37,677 nt of DNA from a virus. A program made the position numbers and the translations under genes. Below are positions 1-8,354 of this stretch, one piece after another. The notes below the pieces were generated by a model. That model saw only the letters and a list, made by a program, of their open reading frames with translations, was not told the DNA's origin and did not search any database. Position 1 is the first letter of the stretch; every line of letters begins with the position of its first letter. The DNA is taken from the UHGV virus genome UHGV-0146994; one strand, written 5' to 3'.

Positions 1-47
1 GTACATACCATCAATACGTCTCCTCCTCTCTACTCCTACGTTAAAGT

Positions 48-266
48 TCAATTTAACTCAGCATTATGAATTTTTTCTTTAAGTGTTGTCTTCCACGAAA
101 GCATAGCATTTACACTAACATTAACCAGCGTTTCTAAATTACTGTTCAGGCCAACTTCGTCAGCTATTCGTTCTCTGGCTTCTGGGGAAAGTAGGCAGAA
201 TTTCTGTAAATTCTTCACTTCATTATCAATATGTTCAATCTGTCTCATGGCATCTAATACTTTCAC
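48..266 (-). CDS. hypothetical phage protein (accessory cassette)
   Basis: ORF with GGAGG RBS; bounded by 14-bp sites at 280-293 and 42-55, the latter overlapping its stop. Confidence 0.7.
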   Translation of the reverse strand: MKVLDAMRQIEHIDNEVKNLQKFCLLSPEARERIADEVGLNSNLETLVNVSVNAMLSWKTTLKEKIHNAELN

Positions 267-286
267 TTTATACCTCCTTTAAATCC

Positions 287-547
287 TCATTTAACGGTCT
301 GTAACCGTTTTTTTAGTACCATTTGGCATCCGCATTCCGGACAATCCATTGCATCAAATAACTCTGGCTCTGCGGGATTACCCCCTATTGCTGCAGAAAG
401 ACCTCCGGTAATTACTCTGTCCCTCGCAATATATTCTGATTTCGGATAAAATGCCTTCCCGCACACCTTGCAGGTTATCTTTTTAATATTACGGGTTTCT
501 TCCGGAATGAAAGTTCCCCTTTTCCTCCACTGTCTGTCTCTTCTCAT
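287..547 (-). CDS. small Zn-finger-like phage protein (two CxxC), paralog of 35528-35788
   Basis: CKVC and CPEC motifs; near-identical protein at 35528-35788; AGGAGG RBS. Confidence 0.8.
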   Translation of the reverse strand: MRRDRQWRKRGTFIPEETRNIKKITCKVCGKAFYPKSEYIARDRVITGGLSAAIGGNPAEPELFDAMDCPECGCQMVLKKRLQTVK

Positions 548-574
548 GTCATTCCTCCTTAAAGTTCAATTTAC

Positions 575-1420
575 CTACCATTCCGGTATATTCACCGGAA
601 TGGTAAAAAATCGTTTTGTTGACCTCAACAAATGCTCATTTAATGAATCAGTTCCCACGTCGTCAATATCCTGGCATTGCTCCCACAGTTGCCCCAGGCT
701 CTTTTTATTTTTCCAGGTATGACACAACTTAATTTCAGCATCTACGAAGGGCTTAATCTGTTCAGGATAGCGCCGCATATTCTCTATTGCATGTGCATCT
801 GGCATGAACATGCACGCCATACAGCTGCAGCGCCCCAAATACTCATAACAAAAATGCGGTTCCAGATGCAGCTCCTTTCCCTGCTCAAACATTTTGCCTT
901 TCTCATAATCCAAGCAAGGCCGGAACCAATGGCAGGTAAAATCTCCTTTTCTTTTTGTCCACAGCGTAGTGCTGTGGTACTCTATTTCCGGCAGCTTCGC
1001 CCGGCTCTTGCTTTCATCCCGGCGCTCCCCAGATATGAAAAGACATTTATTTCCTAGGATATCCCTGTGCGACCGGATCCACTTATCGGTAATCCCCGTT
1101 TTGAGGTACGCCGTGCACCAGCGGTTTTTCATGTCAGGCCATTTCAACCGCTCCTCCAGAAGCAGATTTAAAAAGCCTTTCGGATGCTGCAGCAATACCG
1201 GTTTGATTCCCAGAAATGCCGCCGTCCTGTAAAACATTTTGATATTTTCTGGATATTCGAAACCTGTATCACAGTACAGGAGAAATATCTTATCCTTTGA
1301 GAACTCCTGCAGCGCCCAGTACAATGCCCCTGTACTGTCTATCCCATTGCTGTAGCTTACGATCACGCTGGTATAGTCCGTCTGGACTCCCTCTGTCACT
1401 ATCTTATTTGTTTTTGCCAT
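575..1420 (-). CDS. PAPS reductase family (PP-loop) protein
   Basis: SYSNGIDS PP-loop, DTGFEYPE, RWCT, GERRDESKSR, RCSCMAC. Confidence 0.85.
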   Translation of the reverse strand: MAKTNKIVTEGVQTDYTSVIVSYSNGIDSTGALYWALQEFSKDKIFLLYCDTGFEYPENIKMFYRTAAFLGIKPVLLQHPKGFLNLLLEERLKWPDMKNRWCTAYLKTGITDKWIRSHRDILGNKCLFISGERRDESKSRAKLPEIEYHSTTLWTKRKGDFTCHWFRPCLDYEKGKMFEQGKELHLEPHFCYEYLGRCSCMACMFMPDAHAIENMRRYPEQIKPFVDAEIKLCHTWKNKKSLGQLWEQCQDIDDVGTDSLNEHLLRSTKRFFTIPVNIPEW

Positions 1421-1551
1421 TTTTTTTGAAAGGAACCCGGCGCGCCTTATTCCCGGGAAGGTTCCGGCTCCTTTCTTTTATATAAAGTCCGTTCTATCGG
1501 ACTCTATTTATGTTATATTAAAAATAAAAACTATAAAGGAGGTGATCACCT

Positions 1552-1671
1552 ATGGAACTTTTTTGGAACAGTATGCTGGAAGTGGCTAAACAATATCCTC
1601 TAATTCCCATTGCGATTATTGTTTTCGGAATACTCAACCGGCTTCCTCGTCGCAAACACAAGCGTTTTTAA
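1552..1671 (+). CDS. 39-aa hydrophobic peptide with basic tail (type I toxin-like/moron)
   Basis: Manual translation MELFWNSMLEVAKQYPLIPIAIIVFGILNRLPRRKHKRF; AAGGAGGTGA RBS; downstream hairpin. Confidence 0.6.
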   Translation: MELFWNSMLEVAKQYPLIPIAIIVFGILNRLPRRKHKRF

Positions 1672-1675
1672 TCCC

Positions 1676-1705
1676 TAAGGCACTGCATTTTTATGTAGTG
1701 CCTTT
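1676..1705. terminator. intrinsic terminator-like hairpin between convergent genes
   Basis: AAGGCACTGCAT...ATGTAGTGCCTT stem. Confidence 0.55.
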
Positions 1706-1728
1706 ATTGTGCTAAAGGGTTATTTACT

Positions 1729-1986
1729 CTATTCGTTATAGAACATCTGTAATAACTGTAAACGCCCGTTATATGCTTTATCAGCCTGCTCCATAGCTAC
1801 GTTATATGAATCCGTAGCATATTTCAGCAGATTGTCTACAGCTTTTCTGCGCTTCTGACTCTCCTTTGATGTATAGCCTTTAGCCAGCACATCATTTAAT
1901 CCCTGGCGGCTCATGCCGGTTACTTCACACAACTCATTTACCGTCAGGTCAAAATTGGCAGCATATTCTTTCACGGTCATTTTCAA
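1729..1986 (-). CDS. small HTH-like DNA-binding protein
   Basis: TVNELCEVTGMSRQGL HTH-like segment; flanked by 14-bp sites at 2025-2038 and 1713-1726. Confidence 0.6.
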   Translation of the reverse strand: MKMTVKEYAANFDLTVNELCEVTGMSRQGLNDVLAKGYTSKESQKRRKAVDNLLKYATDSYNVAMEQADKAYNGRLQLLQMFYNE

Positions 1987-2040
1987 GCACCTTCTTTCTT
2001 GACATTTTAATGTGCTTTTGTCATTAAAGGGTTGTTTACT

Positions 2041-2421
2041 TCAGAAATCCTCTCCGCTGATTACAACCGTCTCTATGCTGTCTACATCGGCATATATATA
2101 CCCAACTACATCGTCACACCGCTTGTCCTCCGGATCCGATGCATCGGCACCTCCATAACTGTTTATAGCTTTCATTACTTTATTTTTGGGTATATATTCG
2201 ATACTTTTTTCATTATCCTGCTTAAGTTCAATGCAGGTTTCCACCTTATACATACCTCCGCCAATCGTAACTACCCTCTTCACTTCCCTATTCTTTATTC
2301 TTTCGTACCACGGCTCTTCCTTCAAATCGTCAATTCCACAGCCATATTCTTCACAATATGGCAAAATGGAAAAGCACGCACATCCATCATCCAGTATGTC
2401 CATCAGTTCATATAACTTCAT
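2041..2421 (-). CDS. hypothetical phage protein
   Basis: ORF overlapping the parB stop; likely start MKLYEL after GAGG RBS. Confidence 0.6.
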   Translation of the reverse strand: MKLYELMDILDDGCACFSILPYCEEYGCGIDDLKEEPWYERIKNREVKRVVTIGGGMYKVETCIELKQDNEKSIEYIPKNKVMKAINSYGGADASDPEDKRCDDVVGYIYADVDSIETVVISGEDF

Positions 2422-3622
2422 TTTCCATATCCTCCTTATCAACAACAAAATCAAGGAATCCAATAACACAGTATCCCGGAATAATACCCCCTGAGTCATC
2501 CGTCATATGTGCAATCTGGATTTTAACAATATTCCCTGTCGGTATTCCCTTTTCATGCTCCTGCAGGATTAAGGTGTTTCCGACCCGGTATTTATGCCGC
2601 ATTTTCGTTACCAGATAACGCCTGCTGCCTTCTGTGATTTCTTTCAGGAGGCTTACCCCGGCCTTCTCCCTGTATACCGCATCCTTTTTCGGCAGTTCAA
2701 TAGGCTTTGGTTCCGGCTTCTTTTCTTTCCAATCATTATCAGCATCCCTTTTCTCTGGTTGCATCATCATATCTTTTTGTTTTATCCCTGCTGCCTCTTT
2801 TTCTTCTGGTTCCTCTTCCGGTCTAACTGCTCCATCCTTTTTTTTCAGTTCCTCTACAGTGTCAGATTCTGACACCGCATCCACTTTTTTCTTCTCTTCT
2901 TTTGTCTCTTTAACTTCTTTATGACTGATATCTGTATCGGCGTATTTTTCTAATAATGTGCGCTGTTCTTCCTCTGGCAATGTGCTTAATTCATAAGCTG
3001 TAGAAAAACCAATATTTTCTCCTTTGAATTTTTCCAAAAACTCAGGAATCAACCGAGTTCCAATGCTTTCATACTGCTGCACCTTCGTTTCACTCTTTTT
3101 CATAATTTTTGCAATAATTGACCGGATTTTTCCATGTTTTAAATCATATCCCGGAATTGTTTTACCTGCTGCCTTAACTTCCTGCAGTGTGGCTTTAAGG
3201 CGAATTTCTTCCTCAAGTAATTCCGGCTCTGTTTTGTCCCGATACGCATTTGCAATAATGATTTCAAGGGTTTCTTCCCATTCACTTTTAGGGGCTGTTA
3301 TTTTGCATGTCGCAATTTCAAATTCTTTATGCTCCTGCGATACAAGCAGCTTAAGGGCCTCCCACCTGCGTTCTCCGGCAATAATCACATATTCTCCCTT
3401 ATCACAAGGAGCATATTTTATTTCAAGATTCTGCTTCAGGCCATGCCGCAGGATATCATCTGCAAGCTCTTCTATCTGTGCGATACTATAAAAATTCTTT
3501 TCATTCCGATACATTTTGAAAATGGATATATCTTTTGTCCGGAATTTTGCTGTAGGTGCTTCTTTCACTCCGGCCTTAGTAATATTATTTAACGCATCCA
3601 GCGCCGTGAATCCTGTAGCCAT
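2408..3622 (-). CDS. parB: ParB-like partition protein with C-terminal DUF3850/ASCH-like domain
   Basis: IEELADDI...GLKQNL...IIAGERRWEAL ParB motif; directly downstream of ParA; C-terminal YRVGNTLILQE...GYCVIG. Confidence 0.8.
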   Translation of the reverse strand: MATGFTALDALNNITKAGVKEAPTAKFRTKDISIFKMYRNEKNFYSIAQIEELADDILRHGLKQNLEIKYAPCDKGEYVIIAGERRWEALKLLVSQEHKEFEIATCKITAPKSEWEETLEIIIANAYRDKTEPELLEEEIRLKATLQEVKAAGKTIPGYDLKHGKIRSIIAKIMKKSETKVQQYESIGTRLIPEFLEKFKGENIGFSTAYELSTLPEEEQRTLLEKYADTDISHKEVKETKEEKKKVDAVSESDTVEELKKKDGAVRPEEEPEEKEAAGIKQKDMMMQPEKRDADNDWKEKKPEPKPIELPKKDAVYREKAGVSLLKEITEGSRRYLVTKMRHKYRVGNTLILQEHEKGIPTGNIVKIQIAHMTDDSGGIIPGYCVIGFLDFVVDKEDMENEVI

Positions 3623-3624
3623 GA

Positions 3625-4410
3625 TTATTCCTCCATATCTTCCATAATTTCATTTACAAGGTTTCTATAATCTTGTGTCACAAGACTATTCCTTAAAAAC
3701 GCAGGAAGTGGTTTTAATATCATACTTGCCTTTTCTGTGATTATGGAACGGCGGATCGCTGTATTGTATACTTCACATCCTGACTCAGTTTTAAGCCAGT
3801 ACTCAGCGTCCAGTGAAGTGCGGTTTTTCTGCCTCATAGTCATTACGGCCTTAATCCTGATGTTTTCATATTCAGGGTTCAGCTTTTTTAAATCCTCTAT
3901 CTGTTCCTGAATAAGGCTAAGGGCCACAGCTTCATAGCCTCCTACTTTCACGGGCACTATTACGATATCAGATGCAACAATCATATTAATAACTACATTG
4001 TCAAATAACCTCCCACAATCACATATACAGTAATCAAAATCAGCATGTATCTCTTCCAGGGCAAGCCGCAGCCTGTCCGCCTGATTCTCTTTCTTAAGTT
4101 CCCCAAGTATTTTGTCCGTCTGCCTGAGATATCCGTTCCCGCTTATGATTGATACATTGCTATACGGTGTTTCCTGTATCAATTCAGTTGTTGTATAGTC
4201 TCCGCCTCTGCTTACATGCCTCTCTAATAGCTCAGACATTCCGATACCTTCTGGATCGTAGCACCCATATGTACGTGATGTGTCCCCCTGCGGATCCCCT
4301 TCCAACAGAATAACCTTTTTCCCCTCATTACCGAGTATGTAAGCCACTGAGTCAGCCGTTGTCGTTTTCCCTATTCCTCCTTTTGGACTCATAACAGATA
4401 TTACTTTCAT
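3625..4410 (-). CDS. parA: ParA/Soj family ATPase
   Basis: Deviant Walker A KGGIGKTT, DPQG, DYCICD Walker B. Confidence 0.92.
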   Translation of the reverse strand: MKVISVMSPKGGIGKTTTADSVAYILGNEGKKVILLEGDPQGDTSRTYGCYDPEGIGMSELLERHVSRGGDYTTTELIQETPYSNVSIISGNGYLRQTDKILGELKKENQADRLRLALEEIHADFDYCICDCGRLFDNVVINMIVASDIVIVPVKVGGYEAVALSLIQEQIEDLKKLNPEYENIRIKAVMTMRQKNRTSLDAEYWLKTESGCEVYNTAIRRSIITEKASMILKPLPAFLRNSLVTQDYRNLVNEIMEDMEE

Positions 4411-4462
4411 TCCTTTTTCCTCCTATGAATACTATGAATTGTTGATTGTTCCCTGCTGCCTC

Positions 4463-4816
4463 TTAAAAAATATATTTGTGATACCTTACGTTCTCCCGGT
4501 TCCATCCCGGATACTTCTCCTGCATATATTCCTCAAGCATTTCCTGCATCTGGTTATGTAGGCCCTTATTCCCGTTATCCATCAGGCTATGATGATACCG
4601 GCAGCCTAAAACTCCGTTCTGTTCCACCCCAAGTCCTAAATCTGATTTTGGGACTACATGCATTATGTCAGGTATCCTATAGCCGTAATCGGAAGAGGAT
4701 TCCATATGGTATCCCCTCATGCAGAAAAAACATCCGCCGTCCCGGTTCCTGATTGCTTCCGCAGTATCCTGCGTAAAATCATATCTGGCTTTGGTTACTT
4801 TCCTTCTCCGCTTCAC
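4463..4816 (-). CDS. HNH-like Zn-binding nuclease
   Basis: RDGGCFFC...HVVPKS...N...CRYHH. Confidence 0.65.
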   Translation of the reverse strand: MKRRRKVTKARYDFTQDTAEAIRNRDGGCFFCMRGYHMESSSDYGYRIPDIMHVVPKSDLGLGVEQNGVLGCRYHHSLMDNGNKGLHNQMQEMLEEYMQEKYPGWNRENVRYHKYIF

Positions 4817-5037
4817 GCCTGCTGCCTCCTAAAATTCCGCTTCCATCTCCGCGTTCTGCGGGCATGTCTGCCATGTCCCATTAATCGGACAGTCATCCAG
4901 ATATTCACACAGCCAACACATATTTTCTTCACAGCTTATATTCTCTGCTGCCTTAATATTTTCCCTGTCCATTGACCCCTCCTTGCAGGGCCTGCGGCCC
5001 CGCACAGATTTCGTGATATACTGCATAAGCAGGTTTC

Positions 5038-5259
5038 TTAAGGTGTTTCAACCATTATTTGAGTAACAATTCCGTTTTGCATTAATTCCGCATTCGTCGG
5101 TCCTCTCCGCTGTCCGAACGCATCCTCAACTAATACCCAATGTCTATAGTGCTTAATTACACGGTATTTTTTCAGTCTCTTAATACTTTTTCCGTACTCT
5201 TCTTCTTTCCCAACAATATGAATAAATTTACCAGGAGCAAGCCTCTCATTGCATAACAT
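5038..5259 (-). CDS. hypothetical phage protein
   Basis: ORF overlapping the upstream gene, GGAGG RBS. Confidence 0.6.
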   Translation of the reverse strand: MLCNERLAPGKFIHIVGKEEEYGKSIKRLKKYRVIKHYRHWVLVEDAFGQRRGPTNAELMQNGIVTQIMVETP

Positions 5260-5698
5260 TTTTCTTCTTCTCCTCCACTATTTTCCTTAAAGTTGATTGC
5301 ATCCACATCTGATATGAATGGCCCGCATCAGTCACAGTGTAAATATGTTCATCTAAGCACTGCTTAGCCCGTTTCCATAGTTCAGTGTTTTTTATATCCT
5401 TACCCTTTGCATTCTTCCATCCATTCTTTTCCCACTGTTTCGGCCAATGGTTCTGAAGTGAATGTAAAATGTGTCCGCAACCAGTAAATACTCGTATGTA
5501 AGCTGGTTCCTCAACCCTTTCCAGTGCTCTTATTAACGCCTGCAAAACCATCTGGTTTTCGGTTCCCATTTGAAAGCAAAATGCTTTTTGCGTCTGACCA
5601 TCTCCTATACTTTCAACCAAGTACAAATATGCTCCCATTTGCACCTTTGGGCCTTTTATGGATGTCTCTATATAAATATTTATTTCCGGTCTATTCAT
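5246..5698 (-). CDS. RNase H-fold protein, catalytic residues degenerate
   Basis: WEKNGWKNAKGKDIKNTELW RNase HI signature; positions equivalent to D10/E48/D70 read E/V/G. Confidence 0.8.
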   Translation of the reverse strand: MNRPEINIYIETSIKGPKVQMGAYLYLVESIGDGQTQKAFCFQMGTENQMVLQALIRALERVEEPAYIRVFTGCGHILHSLQNHWPKQWEKNGWKNAKGKDIKNTELWKRAKQCLDEHIYTVTDAGHSYQMWMQSTLRKIVEEKKKNVMQ

Positions 5699-6441
5699 CC
5701 GCCACGGCCTCTTTTCCGTTCGACTTGTATAAGTGTGTAGGTAAAATAGTCAAAGCCATCTTCATTTACTCCTGCTGCCACAGATTCTTTATCCAGATAA
5801 TAGCCGGCTGGCACATTTATAACCTTTTTAAAATACCCAGCCTTTATTACCTTCTTTTCTGGTTCTGGAATTACAAGATTTCTCGATGCATACCAGTGCT
5901 TTGTCATAAGCGCCGCTTCTGTCCGCATGGTCTTTTCAGAGTATTTTATGAAATATTCCGCTAATTTCCGGTATTGGCCTTCCGACCATAAAGGCTCAAC
6001 CTGTATCCCACCATATGGCCAGCATTCTCGCAGGGTTTTGATATCCATTTCTTTAATAAGCAGGTGATGGTGCATTGCTCCACGTTCTCCTACTTCCATA
6101 ACATGGATGTACTGGAGTTCTTTTCCCTGTTTCTTTAATTTTCGGCGCAGCTTGTCCAGAAAATTCCTCGCGTCTTTTTTCAGCTGCATCCTATTTCCCG
6201 GCCTTGCATCCTTCCTGTAATCCAGAGTTACCATAAAGTCTCCGTCAACAAAATTAGCATTCATAATCCATGTAAGCTTGTCCACCAGTCTCCGCAGGTT
6301 CCCTTTTTTCTGAGAGGAAGAACTCTCTTTTACCTTCCTCCCCCTTTTCTCACCCTTTGATTTTCCCGGCCATCTTTTGGAGTAACACTTCCAATGCTGT
6401 TCTGTTTTACCTGCCACACATTTTCCATGTATGTATGGCAT
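5695..6441 (-). CDS. HUH rolling-circle replication initiator-like protein
   Basis: Motif I-like VTLDY, HUH motif MHHHLL, motif III LAEYFIKY, WYASRNL. Confidence 0.8.
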   Translation of the reverse strand: MPYIHGKCVAGKTEQHWKCYSKRWPGKSKGEKRGRKVKESSSSQKKGNLRRLVDKLTWIMNANFVDGDFMVTLDYRKDARPGNRMQLKKDARNFLDKLRRKLKKQGKELQYIHVMEVGERGAMHHHLLIKEMDIKTLRECWPYGGIQVEPLWSEGQYRKLAEYFIKYSEKTMRTEAALMTKHWYASRNLVIPEPEKKVIKAGYFKKVINVPAGYYLDKESVAAGVNEDGFDYFTYTLIQVERKRGRGG

Positions 6442-6518
6442 AAATGTATTTGCCCCCTATACGTTTTAAGATAATAACCTTTACCAAGCGTAAACGGGGC
6501 ACAAAAGCCCCATTTTAC

Positions 6519-6610
6519 TTGACTTTTTGGGGCCGCAGCTGTAAAATATAATTGTCATTAATTTTGGGCTACGGCCTTGCGTATGCACTCCACATGCATA
6601 CGCTTTTTTA
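6519..6610 (+). ncRNA. putative countertranscript (antisense RNA) upstream of rep
   Basis: TTGACT(6519)-17 bp-TAAAAT(6542) promoter; 9-bp stem 6579-6603 followed by a T-tract. Confidence 0.45.
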
Positions 6611-6643
6611 TTTTCATTTCTCCCTTTTTACGATTCACATTAT

Positions 6644-6892
6644 CTATTTTCTCCTCCTCTTTAATTCATGTCCAAATACAGCCTCTGTTTCTGAAACCAA
6701 ATTACTGTTTGTAAGAAGAACACGTACCATATACCAATAGGCTCCGGAATCATCCCTGTAAAAGTCATATATCCGTTTCCCCCTTGACATACTGCCAATG
6801 TACTCCACCTGCCTCCCTTCCGCCTCATGAGCCGCCATATTTTCCATGCTATATGCCTGTTCCCAGGCGTATTGAAGTTCACACTGCTTCAT
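6644..6892 (-). CDS. hypothetical early phage protein
   Basis: ORF in the early operon. Confidence 0.6.
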   Translation of the reverse strand: MKQCELQYAWEQAYSMENMAAHEAEGRQVEYIGSMSRGKRIYDFYRDDSGAYWYMVRVLLTNSNLVSETEAVFGHELKRRRK

Positions 6893-7189
6893 ATTCCACA
6901 GCTTTCTTTGTGCTTGTCCACCGTTCCCGGCTTACGCCGGTTCTTTCCCTTTGTCAATCACTGTAACTGTAAGCTTGCATCCCAGTTGGTCCTCCAACAA
7001 CTGGACGAGCCGTTCCTTAATTGCATTCGCCCTTTCGGGCGTAACTTCCATATCAAAGTCATGTTCAGGCTCCATATGTACGCCCCTTTCCTTTTTTTAC
7101 AGACTATGTTCTTTCTGATTGTCCTCATTCCTCTTTAGAGAATCTTCCTAAAGACATTTTTCTAAATGTCACAGATTTTATTGCAAAAT

Positions 7190-7417
7190 TTATTCCTTAA
7201 CGTTCCAGTCTTCTGCCATTAAATCATCTGCTGTGGGATTCCAGCATCTACTACTACGTTCCGCTTTTCCATTTTTACAGATGATTAAAATGCACGCTTC
7301 ATATGAATTTGTTGGCTGAATTACTGCATAGTTTTCACTAAACTTCTTTACCTCCTCCTCTCTATAAATACAACCTTTTGTTTTTATAGCTTTTTTTACA
7401 GCTTCATCTATTCTCAT
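7190..7417 (-). CDS. DUF2829/Tad2-like small protein (candidate anti-Thoeris)
   Basis: N-terminal M.I.EA.K and C-terminal WNPTADDLMAEDW resemble the DUF2829 signature. Confidence 0.55.
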   Translation of the reverse strand: MRIDEAVKKAIKTKGCIYREEEVKKFSENYAVIQPTNSYEACILIICKNGKAERSSRCWNPTADDLMAEDWNVKE

Positions 7418-7515
7418 TTACACCTCCTGCAGCTGCACTCTTCCTCCATTTAGTGCTTGCTTTCTTAACATAACTTTTCTATAATTTTCATATAAAATGA
7501 AATGGAGGTATTTCT

Positions 7516-7950
7516 ATGGCTACATACAAAGTTACAGAATTAATGTCCAAATTATATGAACTTCTCAACGATGGATATGAATACGTTAATATTTATGAAA
7601 TTGAGGAAGAAAATGAATATCCCACTGCTCTGTCTTTTGAAGCCATTGATGAAGCATGCAATATTGACTATGAAAGCATAGATTCAGTCAAAATACCGGA
7701 CGACTACGATTTCTACGCTCCTTTAGCCACCCTTAAGTTAGATGATCATTGCTTTTCTTCTCCATTAACCTACCGCGATATGTTTACTGTTAAACATGCC
7801 GTTAATAACGCCTTAGAATATTTTAAAGAATGCTTAAACGATCCTTCATATTCAAAAGATACTCTTTCAGATATTAAACAATCATCCATCGAATGCCGTA
7901 ACTTACAAGCTAAATTAGCTCATTATTTGAAGGACTTTTCCGTAAAATAG
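7516..7950 (+). CDS. moron-like hypothetical protein with own promoter
   Basis: Opposite strand to its neighbours; TTGCTT(7457)-17 bp-TATAAT(7480); GGAGG RBS; AT-rich. Confidence 0.75.
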   Translation: MATYKVTELMSKLYELLNDGYEYVNIYEIEEENEYPTALSFEAIDEACNIDYESIDSVKIPDDYDFYAPLATLKLDDHCFSSPLTYRDMFTVKHAVNNALEYFKECLNDPSYSKDTLSDIKQSSIECRNLQAKLAHYLKDFSVK

Positions 7951-8123
7951 GATTTGAGTATATTTCAAAACTCATTCCTCCATCTAAAAGGTGATTCTCT
8001 TTGCGAATCATCTTTTTTATGTCTGTAATAATTTTTTTTGCAACCTCCTTATCCGATGAATTCACCACAACTACTATGTGATTTTCTTTTTTATGTGCAC
8101 TTACACAGTTTAAATTCATCAAA

Positions 8124-8324
8124 TTACACCTCCTGCAGCTCCCTGCTGCCCTTTTCTTTTTTCTCTGGTTTTTCATCCAGCATTAAGATGAGGGAAAAGC
8201 CTGTCATAATATCAAGTGCTCTTCTTTTCTGCTCTGGATTCATTTTCTTGAGTACTTCTTTTACAAAGTCCTCTGCATCATCTCTTTTTTTACAAAGCTT
8301 GTAATTGTCACACTGTATGTTCAT
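8124..8324 (-). CDS. first gene of lytic operon (cro position), hypothetical
   Basis: AAGGAGGTGA RBS downstream of a consensus promoter; no clear HTH. Confidence 0.65.
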   Translation of the reverse strand: MNIQCDNYKLCKKRDDAEDFVKEVLKKMNPEQKRRALDIMTGFSLILMLDEKPEKKEKGSRELQEV

Positions 8325-8354
8325 CTACTCACCTCCTTTGTTGCTTCTGAGTAC

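Noticed and set aside
287..547. Terminal repeat or assembly overlap with 35528-35788
   Set aside because: Copies differ at many positions and have different neighbours
42..642. CRISPR array from the recurring 14-bp motif
   Set aside because: Repeats are too short, spacing is irregular and spans whole genes, and there are no cas genes
575..1420. Complete Dnd/Ssp phosphorothioate or sulfate-assimilation system
   Set aside because: Only a lone PAPS-reductase-domain gene; no partner genes visible
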